A stretch of DNA of 64,000 bases from contig CAVRVY010000004.1 in assembly GCA_963724765.1 (NCBI GenBank), positions 992,001 to 1,056,000 on the forward strand, read 5' to 3'. The notes beneath the pieces are model-generated. The model did no database searches, was not told where the DNA came from, and worked only from the letters and a program-made list of their open reading frames with translations. Source of the stretch: an uncultured delta proteobacterium (lineage in GTDB: Bacteria; Desulfobacterota; Binatia; Binatales; Binataceae). A program made the translations under genes and the position numbers. Below, piece by piece: positions 18,922 to 29,051 of the stretch (position 1 is the first letter of the stretch; the number at the start of each line of letters is the position of its first letter).

Positions 18922-19827
18922 TTGGAAGCAAAACTCAAACCCAACGACGCCGTCCTCTTCATCGATCGAAAGGGCCGCCGCTACCTCAAGATGCTGCGCC
19001 CCGGCACCCGCATCCTCATCCGCGGTGAGATTTCGGCCGACGATCTGATCGGCACCGACGAGGGTTCGCGCGTCAAGCTCAGCACCGGCGAGACTTTCCT
19101 GGTCCTGCGGCCCACCTACGCCGACCTGATCCCCCATCTGCCGCGCCAGGCCCAGGTCATCTATCCCAAGGATACCGGGCCGCTGCTGATTTGGGGCGAC
19201 GTCTTCCCGGGCGCCACGGTTATCGAGGGCGGCGTCGGCGCGGGCGCGCTGACCATCGCGCTGCTGCGCGCGGTCGGATCGGCCGGCCGCGTCATCTCAT
19301 ACGAACTGCGTGAAGACTTCGCCGCCGCCGCGCGGCGCAACGTCGCCGCGTTTTTCGGAGAGGCTCCAAACTGGACGCTCAAGCTCGGCGACATCTACGC
19401 CGGTTTCGCGGAGACCGGCGTCGACCGCCTCTTCCTCGATCTTGCCGAGCCGGGCCGCGCATTGGGCGTGGCGGCGCGGGCGCTGCGCGCAGGCGGCGTG
19501 CTGGTCTGCTACGTGCCGACCGCGATCCAACTGGGCGACACGGTCGCGGCGCTGGAGCGCGACGGCGGCTTCGGCGAAGTCGAATCGTTCGAGACCTTGC
19601 TGCGCAACTGGCACGTCAAGGGACTGAGCGTGCGCCCGGTGCATCGGATGGTCGCGCACTCAGGCTTCATCATCGTGTCGCGCCGCCTGGCCTCGCACTC
19701 GCAGGCCGGTGCGGAGCCGCTCGCGGCGCCAACCGAATCGCCCGTGCTCGACGACGGCGCCGCCATCGCTGACAAATCCGCTCCGTACGATGACCACGGC
19801 GATTCCGACGACGACGATCAGCGCTGA
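18922..19827 (+). CDS. trmI: tRNA (adenine58-N1)-methyltransferase TrmI (GCD14 family)
   Basis: PRQAQVIYPKD, EGGVGAGAL, SYELRED, FLDLAEP, RPVHRMVAHSGF. Confidence 0.92.
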   Translation: MEAKLKPNDAVLFIDRKGRRYLKMLRPGTRILIRGEISADDLIGTDEGSRVKLSTGETFLVLRPTYADLIPHLPRQAQVIYPKDTGPLLIWGDVFPGATVIEGGVGAGALTIALLRAVGSAGRVISYELREDFAAAARRNVAAFFGEAPNWTLKLGDIYAGFAETGVDRLFLDLAEPGRALGVAARALRAGGVLVCYVPTAIQLGDTVAALERDGGFGEVESFETLLRNWHVKGLSVRPVHRMVAHSGFIIVSRRLASHSQAGAEPLAAPTESPVLDDGAAIADKSAPYDDHGDSDDDDQR

Positions 19828-19947
19828 GGGGCGTGGTTGCTCATGGAACCGCCGGCACGCATGGGTCGTTAGAATATAAGAGGATGCAGCGCTGCGCCGC
19901 GACATTCACCGATCACTGCGGCGACGAGTTATCATGAGGCGAGCGTT

Positions 19948-20961
19948 GTGAATCGCAGAAGATTCATCAGGATCGCGGGCGGCGCAATCGCGCTGGCGGG
20001 CGCGCCGGGTGCTGCTCATGCGATTGCGGCCGCCGGTGCTCCCGCGGCCCCCGCTGGCGGATGGGGCGGTTTCACGCCCAACGCGGATTTCTATATTACG
20101 ACGTATGGCACGACGCCGCGCGTGGAGGCCGATCAGTGGCGGCTCAAGATTCACGGCCTGGTCAAGAGCCCGCTCGAACTCGACCTCGCGGCGGTCAAGG
20201 CGCTGCCGCCCGTCAATGAGACGCTGACCCTGGAGTGTATCGGCAATCCGCCCAACGGCACCGCGATCGGCAATGCTACGTGGACCGGTCCGAAGCTCGC
20301 CGCGCTGCTCGAGCGCGCGCGGCCCTCGGCCAAAGCGGTTTACGCGAAGCTCCGCGCCGCCGACGGCTATACGACCGGCATCCCGGTCAACGAGCTGATG
20401 CGCAAAGAAAACTTCCTGCCGTACCTTATGAACGGCGTGCCGTTGCCGCCCGAGCACGGCTATCCACTGCGTATATTCATTCCGGGCAAGTACGGAATGA
20501 AGCAGCCGAAATGGCTAACCGAAATAGAATTCGTCGACAAGCAATTTATCGGCTACTGGGAAGCGCGCGGATGGACCGACAGCGCGTGGCGCAAGGTGAA
20601 TTCCGGATTTTTCTACCCACGGGCCAACTATAGCCTGCTCGACGTGGTTGCGCCCGAGGCCAAGGTCAGGTCGCCGGTGGAGATGGTCGGATGGGCGCTG
20701 GCGGGGCCGTCAGGAATTCGGCGGGTTGACGTCTCGACCGACGACGGCAAGACCTGGAACGCAGCCGGGTTGAGCGCAAATCGCTCGCCCTATATCTGGA
20801 CGGTCTGGAAGTACCGCTTCGCGCCACCTGAGCGCGGTCGCTATCACGTCAGGGTGCGCGCGACCGACGGCGACGGCCGCTCGCAGCCGCCGATCGATCC
20901 CGACCGCGCCGCCGGAATGAGCGCGCAGGTCCGCCTCGCTCTGGCCGTAACGACGGATTGA
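19948..20961 (+). CDS. Tat-exported molybdopterin oxidoreductase (sulfite oxidase family)
   Basis: NRRRF twin-arginine signal, TLECIGN Mo-binding Cys, HGYPLR..PG.YGMK.PKW, C-terminal dimerisation domain. Confidence 0.88.
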   Translation: MNRRRFIRIAGGAIALAGAPGAAHAIAAAGAPAAPAGGWGGFTPNADFYITTYGTTPRVEADQWRLKIHGLVKSPLELDLAAVKALPPVNETLTLECIGNPPNGTAIGNATWTGPKLAALLERARPSAKAVYAKLRAADGYTTGIPVNELMRKENFLPYLMNGVPLPPEHGYPLRIFIPGKYGMKQPKWLTEIEFVDKQFIGYWEARGWTDSAWRKVNSGFFYPRANYSLLDVVAPEAKVRSPVEMVGWALAGPSGIRRVDVSTDDGKTWNAAGLSANRSPYIWTVWKYRFAPPERGRYHVRVRATDGDGRSQPPIDPDRAAGMSAQVRLALAVTTD

Positions 20962-21088
20962 GTGATCCCGCCGCGCCTGCGGCCGCGCGCACGTCGACGA
21001 ATTTATTGCCCCCTCTCTTTAGGAGACCGTTGGGTCGGGCGACAAAGATTTTTCATCTATCCCTGCTCTGGAGACCGCCGCGCCCCGC

Positions 21089-23539
21089 TCAGTGCGTGAA
21101 GAGCGATCCGAAGAAATTTCCCAGTGCGCCGAGGACTCCGTTGGTCGCCGGTGTCGGAGCCGCTCCAGGAGCGGTCGCGACGCCCGGCGGCGGCATCGCC
21201 GCGCCCGGACCCGCCACCAGCGTCGGCGCGGGCGCGAGGCCGCCATGCAACGGACAGATCTGCGTCGGCGCGGTACCGTTGAGGAACGGAACCGTGGCAG
21301 TTCGCGGGCACGCGCTCGTCGCGAGCCCCCCGCTTTGCGGATCGATCGTCGCCATCGTGATTCCCGCCGGCACCGCGAACGGCGGCGAGCCGGACGGCGT
21401 GACGCCGAGCATGAAACTTACCCACGCCGGTAGCGCTGCCGTGGCGCCCGAGGCGCCGAGGCTCTGCGGACGATCGAACCCCACCCACACGCCGCATACG
21501 ATCCGCGGCGTGTAACCGATGAAGTACGCGTCATGGAAGTCCTGCGTGGTGCCGGTTTTGCCGGCGGCCGGAAAGTCCAGCCCCATCTTTACCGCTCCCG
21601 CCCCGGTGCCCCATTTGATCACCTGCTCCAGCGCGCCGGTGATGAGGTAGGCGACCGGCGGACTGACGAGCACGAGCTCGTGCGGAGCGTGCTGGTAAAT
21701 CAGATGATCGTGCGCGTCGTAAACCGCCTCCAGCGCGTAAGGCGGCCGTGACACTCCGGCGGCGGCGAAGACCTGGTAGGCACCGGTCAACTCGAGCAGC
21801 GTGGTCTCGGCGGCGCCGATCGAAATCGGCAGCACCGCGGGAATGTCCTCGTTGATACCCATCTCGTGGGCCATCCCAACGATCGTGGACGGCCCCAGCA
21901 GGCTCCCCAGATAGGCAGTCGGCACGTTGAGCGATTCGGCCAGCGCCTCGACCACCGTCACCGTGCCCTGGTACGTGCGCTCGTAGTTGGCCGGAGTCCA
22001 TCCATTGAACGACATCGGACGGTCGGGCAATAAGGACGCGAGCGTGACCCGTTGGCTGATCGGCGAGCGCGACGGATCCAGTGCGCTCAGGTAGACGATC
22101 GGCTTGAAGGCCGAGCCGGGCTGGCGCTCGGCCTGCGTCACGCGGTTGAACTGGCTAATCGAATAGTCACGCCCCCCGACCATCGCGAGGATCGCACCGG
22201 TGCGCGCGTCGAGCGCGAGCAGCGAGCCCTCAAGCTCCTCGCCGCGCACGGTGCGGCGCAGATGCGGATGCTGCTTCTCCAGCCGCTTAAGATTCGATTC
22301 GACGCTCTCCGCCGCCGTCTGCTCCATCTCCGAATCCAACGTGGTGTAGACTTTTAGCCCGGCCAGGTTGCCGTCGAAACCCGGAATCCGCTCGACCTCG
22401 GCGATTACATAGTCGGTAAAATACGGCGCGCGGCGGAGCCCCGGCAGCCTGGCGATCTCGATCGGAACGGCGGCGGCCTCGGCATACTGGGCCGGGTCGA
22501 TCACACCGTCGCGGCGCATCACGCCGAGCACCGTGTCGCGGCGCGCGCGGCAGGCCTCGGGATGGCGCCGCGGATCGTACAGCGTCGGCGCCTGGATCAT
22601 CCCGATCAGTATCGCCGCCTCGCCCGGCGTGACCTCGTGCAGGTCCTTGTTGAAAAAATACCGCGCCGCCAGCGGCATCCCGGTGATCGGTGTGCCGTCG
22701 TACGCGCCCATCGGGACGTCGTTTATGTAGCGCTCGAGAATCTGGTTCTTGCTGAGCCGGATCTCGATCACCAGCGCCACTGCGAGTTCGCGCACCTTGC
22801 GCGTAAACGTACGCTCGTGGCGATCGATGAAGGTGCGCGCGAGTTGCTGTGTCAGGGTGCTCGCGCCCTGGCCCAGGTGATGCGATCGCAGGTCAGCGAT
22901 CGCGGCCTCGATCATCCGCACCGGGTCGAATCCCGGATGATAGTAGAAGTAGCGATCCTCGGTCGCGAGCAGGCCGCGCACCAGGTATGGCGGAAGATCG
23001 CTTAGTTGGATTTCGACCCGCTCGGGCGGCGCTCCGGGCAACAGGCGCCCGATGACCTCGGGCTCGATAATGGCCGCGGGCAGCGCCGCGCCGAAAGAGT
23101 CGGCCACGCCCTCTACCGCCGTGCCGGCGAGCGTCAGATGGACCAGCGCGGCCGGACGCTCGCGGATTCCTTCGCGAAAGCCGCGCAGGTAGATCGTGAC
23201 GCGGCCGGGCACGAGCGCATATTCGCCGGGATGCGCCGGCTCGAGGACGCGGGTGTAGCTGAGGCGCTCGATACGGTCGAGCAGATGAAGCTGGGCGAGG
23301 TCGTCGCCGCGCTCGATCTTGAGCGGCGCGGAGTAGATGGCCGAGGTAAGCGCGGCTTCGCGCTGTTCGATCAGCGCGGAAATCTCGCCATAGAGCTGCG
23401 CCAGGTAAAAGCCGCAGCCGAAGGCGAACAGCAGCAAGACGCCAGCGGCCGTCCGCCGCGGGCCAAGCCGCTTAAACATGCGGCGCAGCCGTCCTCCCGC
23501 CGCCGCCGATCCCCTCCCCCGCCTGCGTGCGCTAGCCAT
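21089..23539 (-). CDS. mrcB: Class A penicillin-binding protein (PBP1b type, transglycosylase-transpeptidase)
   Basis: TEDRYF, QGASTLTQQLAR, GSAFKP (SxxK), SLN, KTG; UB2H-like region after the TM anchor. Confidence 0.85.
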   Translation of the reverse strand: MASARRRGRGSAAAGGRLRRMFKRLGPRRTAAGVLLLFAFGCGFYLAQLYGEISALIEQREAALTSAIYSAPLKIERGDDLAQLHLLDRIERLSYTRVLEPAHPGEYALVPGRVTIYLRGFREGIRERPAALVHLTLAGTAVEGVADSFGAALPAAIIEPEVIGRLLPGAPPERVEIQLSDLPPYLVRGLLATEDRYFYYHPGFDPVRMIEAAIADLRSHHLGQGASTLTQQLARTFIDRHERTFTRKVRELAVALVIEIRLSKNQILERYINDVPMGAYDGTPITGMPLAARYFFNKDLHEVTPGEAAILIGMIQAPTLYDPRRHPEACRARRDTVLGVMRRDGVIDPAQYAEAAAVPIEIARLPGLRRAPYFTDYVIAEVERIPGFDGNLAGLKVYTTLDSEMEQTAAESVESNLKRLEKQHPHLRRTVRGEELEGSLLALDARTGAILAMVGGRDYSISQFNRVTQAERQPGSAFKPIVYLSALDPSRSPISQRVTLASLLPDRPMSFNGWTPANYERTYQGTVTVVEALAESLNVPTAYLGSLLGPSTIVGMAHEMGINEDIPAVLPISIGAAETTLLELTGAYQVFAAAGVSRPPYALEAVYDAHDHLIYQHAPHELVLVSPPVAYLITGALEQVIKWGTGAGAVKMGLDFPAAGKTGTTQDFHDAYFIGYTPRIVCGVWVGFDRPQSLGASGATAALPAWVSFMLGVTPSGSPPFAVPAGITMATIDPQSGGLATSACPRTATVPFLNGTAPTQICPLHGGLAPAPTLVAGPGAAMPPPGVATAPGAAPTPATNGVLGALGNFFGSLFTH

Positions 23540-23632
23540 CGCGCGTAATTTTCTCCAACAAGCGCCGGTCCCGGCCCGAGGCGGCGCATAGGCAGGATTA
23601 TATCCCGCGCAGCCGCGTCGACGCGAGTTACG

Positions 23633-24595
23633 CTAGGCGGACGGCGCTTGCGCGCGGGCTTCGTCCGCGCCGAGCGCCGCGAGCTGGCGCGCCAGCTCGC
23701 GCATCAGCGCAAGCCCGGCGACGCCGCGGCACTCGGCGAGCTCGATTATCGGCGCGTCGATGCGCCGACGCACCAGCGCGAGCGCGCGGCGCTCGCCGCC
23801 CGCGCGCCTAAGCTCGGCGTGCGCCAGGGCGGCGAGGCCGTCGAGATGCGGCGCGGCGGCGCGCAGCGCCGGCCGCCGCCGCAGACGCGCGAGCGCTCCC
23901 GCGTCGAAGCGCGGCTGGCGCGTGCGGTTGAAAATCACCGCGGCGACGTCGAGACCGAGGGTGCTGAGCGCCGCGTGCGTCTCAAGCGTCTCGCTTACCG
24001 CGAACGGCTCGGGCGAGGTCACGAGCACCACGCCACAGCGCGCGGGGTCGCGCAGCAACTCCGAGACGCGATCGGCCGTGCGGCCGACGATCCCCGCGCC
24101 AAAGGTCTCGCGCGCCGCCAGCGGCATCCGCAATACGCTCAACGCCTGCCCGGTTGCGGGAGCGTCGAGCACCACTAGGTCCCACGGCGGCGCGGGCGGC
24201 CGATACTCCAACTCGTGGTAGATTTTCCCGATCATGATCAGCTCGCGCAGCCCCGGCGCGGCCTCTACGAAGTAGCGGTAAGCGCCGCTGCTGACCACCG
24301 CCTTGAGCATCGCACGGCTCGGCATCACGGTGAACAGGTATTCTTCGAGCTGATGGGCCCCGTCGAGAACCACCGTCCACAAACCCGGTGCGGCTTCGGC
24401 CGGATCGAAACCGGGCTTACGCCCCATCGCGGTTGCGAGCGCGCCGAGCCGGTCGTATTCCATCGCGAGCACGCGGGCAGGGCGGGACTGACCGGCGGCG
24501 CGCAGCATCGCTAACGCGCCGCTCACGCTCGTGCGTCCGACACCGCCCTTACCGACGACGATCAGCGCGCGGCGTCTCAGTAGTTCGTCGATCAT
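23633..24595 (-). CDS. ArsA/Get3-family ATPase with degenerate Walker A
   Basis: GKGGVGRT, APGLREL..IGK, DAPATG, PEP..V.ET. Confidence 0.85.
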   Translation of the reverse strand: MIDELLRRRALIVVGKGGVGRTSVSGALAMLRAAGQSRPARVLAMEYDRLGALATAMGRKPGFDPAEAAPGLWTVVLDGAHQLEEYLFTVMPSRAMLKAVVSSGAYRYFVEAAPGLRELIMIGKIYHELEYRPPAPPWDLVVLDAPATGQALSVLRMPLAARETFGAGIVGRTADRVSELLRDPARCGVVLVTSPEPFAVSETLETHAALSTLGLDVAAVIFNRTRQPRFDAGALARLRRRPALRAAAPHLDGLAALAHAELRRAGGERRALALVRRRIDAPIIELAECRGVAGLALMRELARQLAALGADEARAQAPSA

Positions 24596-24622
24596 CTATC
24601 GATCATCGATGACACGCCATAC

Positions 24623-25483
24623 TTAGAGAAAGCGGCGGCCCTGGCGTTCGTCGGGCAGGTCTAGCCCGAGTGCCACAAGCTTGCGATCCACGTATTCCTT
24701 GTACGCCGCGCGAATCTCGGAATTGCCGACGCCCTTGAGGCCCCATTGGATAAAGCGCGGCGTGTTGGGCGAGTCGGAGCGGCCGAACATGTCGAGCGCC
24801 GCCGAATACCATTTCGGCAGCAGCGCCTGGGCGAGCGCTCGGCCGCGGCGCTCGGCGCAGATCGCCCTCAGAAAATGGTAGCCCATCTCGGAGTGGCCAA
24901 ACTCGTCGCGCTCGACCGTGCGCGAAATCTTGCGCAGCGGCGCATAGCTCGATTCGCGCCAGTCGCGGGCATGAAAGGCGCCGTTGAGATCGATCAGGAA
25001 GTGAAAGAAGGCGTCGTCGGCCCAGGTGTTCTTGGGCAGATGGAACGCGTAGTGCGCATAGGGCACATCGCGCAGCGCGAAGTCCGAGTCCAGGCCGACC
25101 GCGATCCGATGGAACATGATTGCGTGCTTGAGTTCCTCGGCCAGGTACTCCGACTTGACGAGCCGCGCCGCGGGATTGGGCGCCAGCGTCTCGGCCACCT
25201 CGATACACGTACCCATCAGGCCGAGAAAACTCTTGTTGCCGGCGCGCTCGCCCTCGTGGCGCAACATCTTCAGCAGCAGGCCGCGGTAGTCCTCGGGCAG
25301 ATCGTCGCCCTCCTCGAAGTTGTGCTCGGGGCGGTCGACCTTGCAGGAGAGATCGGGCAGCGGATCGCCCTGGGCATAAATATGCGTCCAGAACGGCCAC
25401 AGCCCGCCGCCGCGCACGCGTTCGCCGCGCTCGACCGCTTCGTCCTGCGCGATATCGTCTGGGTGCAAATCGTTGAGCGCCAT
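24623..25483 (-). CDS. PaaA/BoxB-like ferritin-fold di-iron oxygenase subunit
   Basis: EELKH and DEFGH ExxH motifs, FLIDLNG, SSYAPL, WY..ALDMFG, WGLK...N..IR; GAGG RBS before ATG 25483. Confidence 0.8.
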   Translation of the reverse strand: MALNDLHPDDIAQDEAVERGERVRGGGLWPFWTHIYAQGDPLPDLSCKVDRPEHNFEEGDDLPEDYRGLLLKMLRHEGERAGNKSFLGLMGTCIEVAETLAPNPAARLVKSEYLAEELKHAIMFHRIAVGLDSDFALRDVPYAHYAFHLPKNTWADDAFFHFLIDLNGAFHARDWRESSYAPLRKISRTVERDEFGHSEMGYHFLRAICAERRGRALAQALLPKWYSAALDMFGRSDSPNTPRFIQWGLKGVGNSEIRAAYKEYVDRKLVALGLDLPDERQGRRFL

Positions 25484-25536
25484 ATTGGCTTCCTCTGCTG
25501 GAATCGCTCGCTCGAATCTATCGCGCCGCGCCCCGC

Positions 25537-25824
25537 TCACGCAAAACGGGCCCTGGCGGCGGCGGCGCGTTCGGGATCGATCGCGCCGGCGCGTTCGGCC
25601 TGGAAGCCGCACGCGCATCCGGCCAGGCCCGCCGCGTAGAGATCCATTTCGCCGTCGGCCAGCTCGCGGGCCATCCCCGGCAGCAACTTATCGCCGACGC
25701 ATCCGAGCATTGCGCCGCATCGCGCGCATCGCAGCCGATAGTACGTGTCATAGGTGGCGACGCCTTCGATCGACACGCCGAGCGGTTCGTAGGCCGCGCG
25801 GATCTCATCAAGAATCGCGCTCAT
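25537..25824 (-). CDS. Small Cys-rich hypothetical protein (CxxC...C...CxC)
   Basis: 95 aa, translationally coupled to the ligase through a TGATG overlap. Confidence 0.75.
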   Translation of the reverse strand: MSAILDEIRAAYEPLGVSIEGVATYDTYYRLRCARCGAMLGCVGDKLLPGMARELADGEMDLYAAGLAGCACGFQAERAGAIDPERAAAARARFA

Positions 25825-27521
25825 CAAAGTTTACCGTTCGCTTTGCGGCTTGACGCCGCCTCTGCTTTTTTCGCGCCGATTTCGCGCGCCAGCCTGGCCA
25901 CGATGTCGGCGCGCAAATCCTTCTTCGAGATCTTCCCCACGGCGGTCATCGGAAAGCGCTCGACGATTTCCAGGCGCTCGGGAATCTTGAAGCGCGCGAT
26001 ACGCCGTCCTTCCAGATGGCGCGCCAGCTCCGCGAAGGTCAGGCTCCTGCCCGCACGCAGCACTACGTATGCGCAAGCGCGCTCGCCCAATACCTCGTCG
26101 GGCATCGCGACGATCGCCGCATTGAGCACCGCCGGATGCGACAGCACCCGGTCTTCCATTTCCTCGGCGCTGATCTTCTCGCCGCCGCGATTGATCACGT
26201 CCTTGCGCCGTCCTTCGACGACCAGGTTGCCGCTCGGATGCATCATCACGAGGTCGCCGGTGCGATAGAAGCCGTCAGGCGTGAACGCGCCGCGATTGTG
26301 TTCCTCGGCGCGGTAGTAACCGCGGGGCGTATAGGGCCCGCGGCAGAGCAGTTCGCCGACCTCGCCCGGCGCGACCTCGCGGCCGTCGTCGCCGATCACA
26401 CGCAGCTCGTCGTGATCGCAAATGGGACGGCCCTGCGTGTTGACGACCACTTCCTCGGGATCGCCGCGGCGCGTCGAACAGCACAGACCCTCGGCCATCC
26501 CATATACCTGCGTCACGACCGGGCCGATTTCGCTCAGGAGGCGGCGCGCAGGTTCGGGATTGAGCCGCTGGCCGCCTACCGCCAGCGATCGCAGCGAGGA
26601 AAAATCCGTCTGCGCAAAGCGCGGATCGTTGAGCCAGCTCACCGCCATCGCGGGCACCGCGCAGATCCAGGTCACGCGCTCGCGCTCGATCAGCGGGAAG
26701 ACCGTTTCGGCCTCGGGCGACGACGCCAGCACGATTCGCGCGCCGAGCAGAATCCCCGATTGCACCGCGCCCAGCAGCGGGAAGTTGTGCATCATCGGAA
26801 TCGCGACCAGCGCGACGCCGTCGCGGTCGAAGCCCGAGCACTCCGCCAGGCGCAACGAATTGTATAGATAGTCGTCGTGCGTGCGCGGGATCACCTTCGG
26901 CAGCCCGGTGCTGCCGCCCGAGAGCTGGAAGACCGCGATCTCGTGGCTTTGCGGGCGAAGCCGCGCTAGCGTGGACGGCACGATTCGCTCCTCGATTGGA
27001 TCATCGAGGAGGTCAGAGAGCAGTGTCATCCCGGCGCCCGCACGCGCGCCCATCACGAATACCTCGCGCATCGCCGGCAGCGCGTCGCGCAACTCGTCCG
27101 CCATCGCAACGTAATCGAAGCGCCTATAATCGGCAGGGATGAGCCAGGCGTAGGCGTCGGTGAAGCGCGCGAGATGTCCGATCTCAGTGTGGCGATGCGC
27201 CGGCAGAGTCGCGACGGGAATCGCGCCGGTCTTGAGACAAGCGAAGTAGGCGGCCACGCATTCAAGGCCATTGGGCAACTGGAAGATGACGCGCCGGCCC
27301 AACGCGACGCCGCGCTCGGCGAAATGGAGCGCGAGCCGCTCGACCATCGCGCCCAGCTCGCGGTAGGTGATGCGCCGCGTGCCGTCCACCACGGCCAGGC
27401 GTGCTGCGTTGTACGCGACCGATCGGTCGAAGTGCTCGCCAATCGACTGGCCGCGCCAGTAGCCCAGTTTTCTATACAGTTCCGCGGCCGACTCCGGCCA
27501 CGCCACCACGCCATCGAGCAT
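25824..27521 (-). CDS. Aryl acid adenylating enzyme (EntE/DhbE/MbtA-like AMP-binding ligase)
   Basis: QLSGGSTGLPKVIPRTHDDY, HNFPL, QVYGMAEG, YRTGD, RGGEKI, GKISKK. Confidence 0.9.
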   Translation of the reverse strand: MLDGVVAWPESAAELYRKLGYWRGQSIGEHFDRSVAYNAARLAVVDGTRRITYRELGAMVERLALHFAERGVALGRRVIFQLPNGLECVAAYFACLKTGAIPVATLPAHRHTEIGHLARFTDAYAWLIPADYRRFDYVAMADELRDALPAMREVFVMGARAGAGMTLLSDLLDDPIEERIVPSTLARLRPQSHEIAVFQLSGGSTGLPKVIPRTHDDYLYNSLRLAECSGFDRDGVALVAIPMMHNFPLLGAVQSGILLGARIVLASSPEAETVFPLIERERVTWICAVPAMAVSWLNDPRFAQTDFSSLRSLAVGGQRLNPEPARRLLSEIGPVVTQVYGMAEGLCCSTRRGDPEEVVVNTQGRPICDHDELRVIGDDGREVAPGEVGELLCRGPYTPRGYYRAEEHNRGAFTPDGFYRTGDLVMMHPSGNLVVEGRRKDVINRGGEKISAEEMEDRVLSHPAVLNAAIVAMPDEVLGERACAYVVLRAGRSLTFAELARHLEGRRIARFKIPERLEIVERFPMTAVGKISKKDLRADIVARLAREIGAKKAEAASSRKANGKL

Positions 27522-27697
27522 CAGCAGTTTCCCCGCCTTTCGTGACGTTCCATACGCGTGATTTCTTCGAGCAGCGTCAACTTAAAGTATCACTTTCAGA
27601 TTGAAATCCTGAGCGATCCTGGCCGCCAACGTCGCACCTTCCGCGCAGACTTCTAGCGCAACGCCGCCTCCGCGCGAAAGCGCCGACGGATGCGCGA

Positions 27698-28966
27698 TTG
27701 AACGCGCAGCCGGTTGCCCTGATAATCGCTGCCGGAAGAAGGAGGCTGATGCTCATGCGACACCGAATCATTGGAATGGTTGGGATTTTGCTCGCCGCTA
27801 CATTGAATGCCGCGGGCCCGGCGGCCGCTCACGCCGAGGACGTGCCGCTCGCAAGCTCGTTGCAGTTGGAGAACGTAATGCTGGTCGGCGGATGGCCGTC
27901 GGCGGGGCCGTTTATCCCAGTGATCGGCAACGGCAGCGCGCATCTCGCATACGAGTTTTATCTGACCAACTATGGCAAAAAGCCGGCCCGCCTCGTGTCG
28001 CTCCGAGTTCGCGGGGTCGGCGGCGCCGCCTTCGCAGCCACAATCGAGGGCGACGCACTCAAGTCTTCCTTCACGCCAGCAGCGCCGCAAAACCGCCTTA
28101 AACCTTACGATCCTGTTTTGCCGCCGGGCGCGAGCGGAGTGCTTTACGTCTTCCTCAATTTTCCCGGGCGCGAAACGCCGCGGCAGCTTGAGAATTCGAT
28201 TGTGGTCGAGGCCGACGGCGATCCGAAAAATGCGCAGCGGATTCCGCTCGGTGAATTTGCGATCAGAAATAGCGGTTCTGCGCTAATCGACGAACCGTTC
28301 ACGGGTGATCGATGGCTGGCCGCGAACGGGCCGTCCAACACCTCACCGCATCGGCGCGCGGTTATCGTGCTCAACGGCAAGCCGCGAGTGCCGGAGCGCT
28401 ACGCGATCGATTGGATAAAGCTCGGGGAGGACGGCAACAGCTATTCCGGCGATCAGTACAAGAATTCCAGCTACCACGCCTACGACGTGCCGATACTGGC
28501 CGTCGCCGATGGAAAAATCGTAACCGTCAAAGACGGGCTTCCCGAAAACGTACCCCACACCGAGAAACTGGCGGTCACGATGACGCTCGTCAGCGTGGCG
28601 GGCAATCACATCGTCGAGGACATCGGCGGCGGCCTATACGTCGGCTATGCGCACATCATTCCTGGCACCATTACGGTCAAAGCCGGCGAGCTGGTTCATC
28701 GCGGACAGGTCCTCGGACGTCTCGGCAACTCCGGCAACTCGTCCGAGCCGCATCTCCATCTGCAGGTATGCGACGCGCCGTCGTTTTTGATCTGCGAAGG
28801 CGTCCCGATGGAGTTCAAGCGGATGAGCCTCACCAAGTATCGTATCGAGAAGCGCGGCGAGACGCCGATAAAACTCACCATCGAGGGAACGCACGACGTA
28901 TCGGGCGAAGAACCGATGGAAGACGAACTGGCGAATTTCCCTGCGACCAATCTGCCCTCGAAATAA
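27698..28966 (+). CDS. Secreted M23 family metallopeptidase (start uncertain)
   Basis: Signal peptide; RYAIDW, AVADG, GNHI, YAHI, GNSGNSSEPHLH. Confidence 0.85.
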   Translation: MNAQPVALIIAAGRRRLMLMRHRIIGMVGILLAATLNAAGPAAAHAEDVPLASSLQLENVMLVGGWPSAGPFIPVIGNGSAHLAYEFYLTNYGKKPARLVSLRVRGVGGAAFAATIEGDALKSSFTPAAPQNRLKPYDPVLPPGASGVLYVFLNFPGRETPRQLENSIVVEADGDPKNAQRIPLGEFAIRNSGSALIDEPFTGDRWLAANGPSNTSPHRRAVIVLNGKPRVPERYAIDWIKLGEDGNSYSGDQYKNSSYHAYDVPILAVADGKIVTVKDGLPENVPHTEKLAVTMTLVSVAGNHIVEDIGGGLYVGYAHIIPGTITVKAGELVHRGQVLGRLGNSGNSSEPHLHLQVCDAPSFLICEGVPMEFKRMSLTKYRIEKRGETPIKLTIEGTHDVSGEEPMEDELANFPATNLPSK

Positions 28967-29051
28967 CCCGAGCCGTATCTGCGGTGCAGGCCTTACGCGC
29001 GACGCCGCCGCATCCGCGGCGGCGCGAGCCATATACGTCGCGTCGTGAGAC

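Noticed and set aside
23633-24595. Arsenic resistance operon
   Set aside because: No arsR/B/C/D; single-domain Get3-like ATPase without an evident metalloid-binding Cys set
24623-25618. 331-aa version of the di-iron protein
   Set aside because: The Arg-rich extension overlaps the Cys-rich gene; the RBS supports ATG 25483
25824-27521. Siderophore (enterobactin-type) biosynthesis cluster
   Set aside because: No isochorismate synthase, carrier protein, NRPS or TonB receptor nearby
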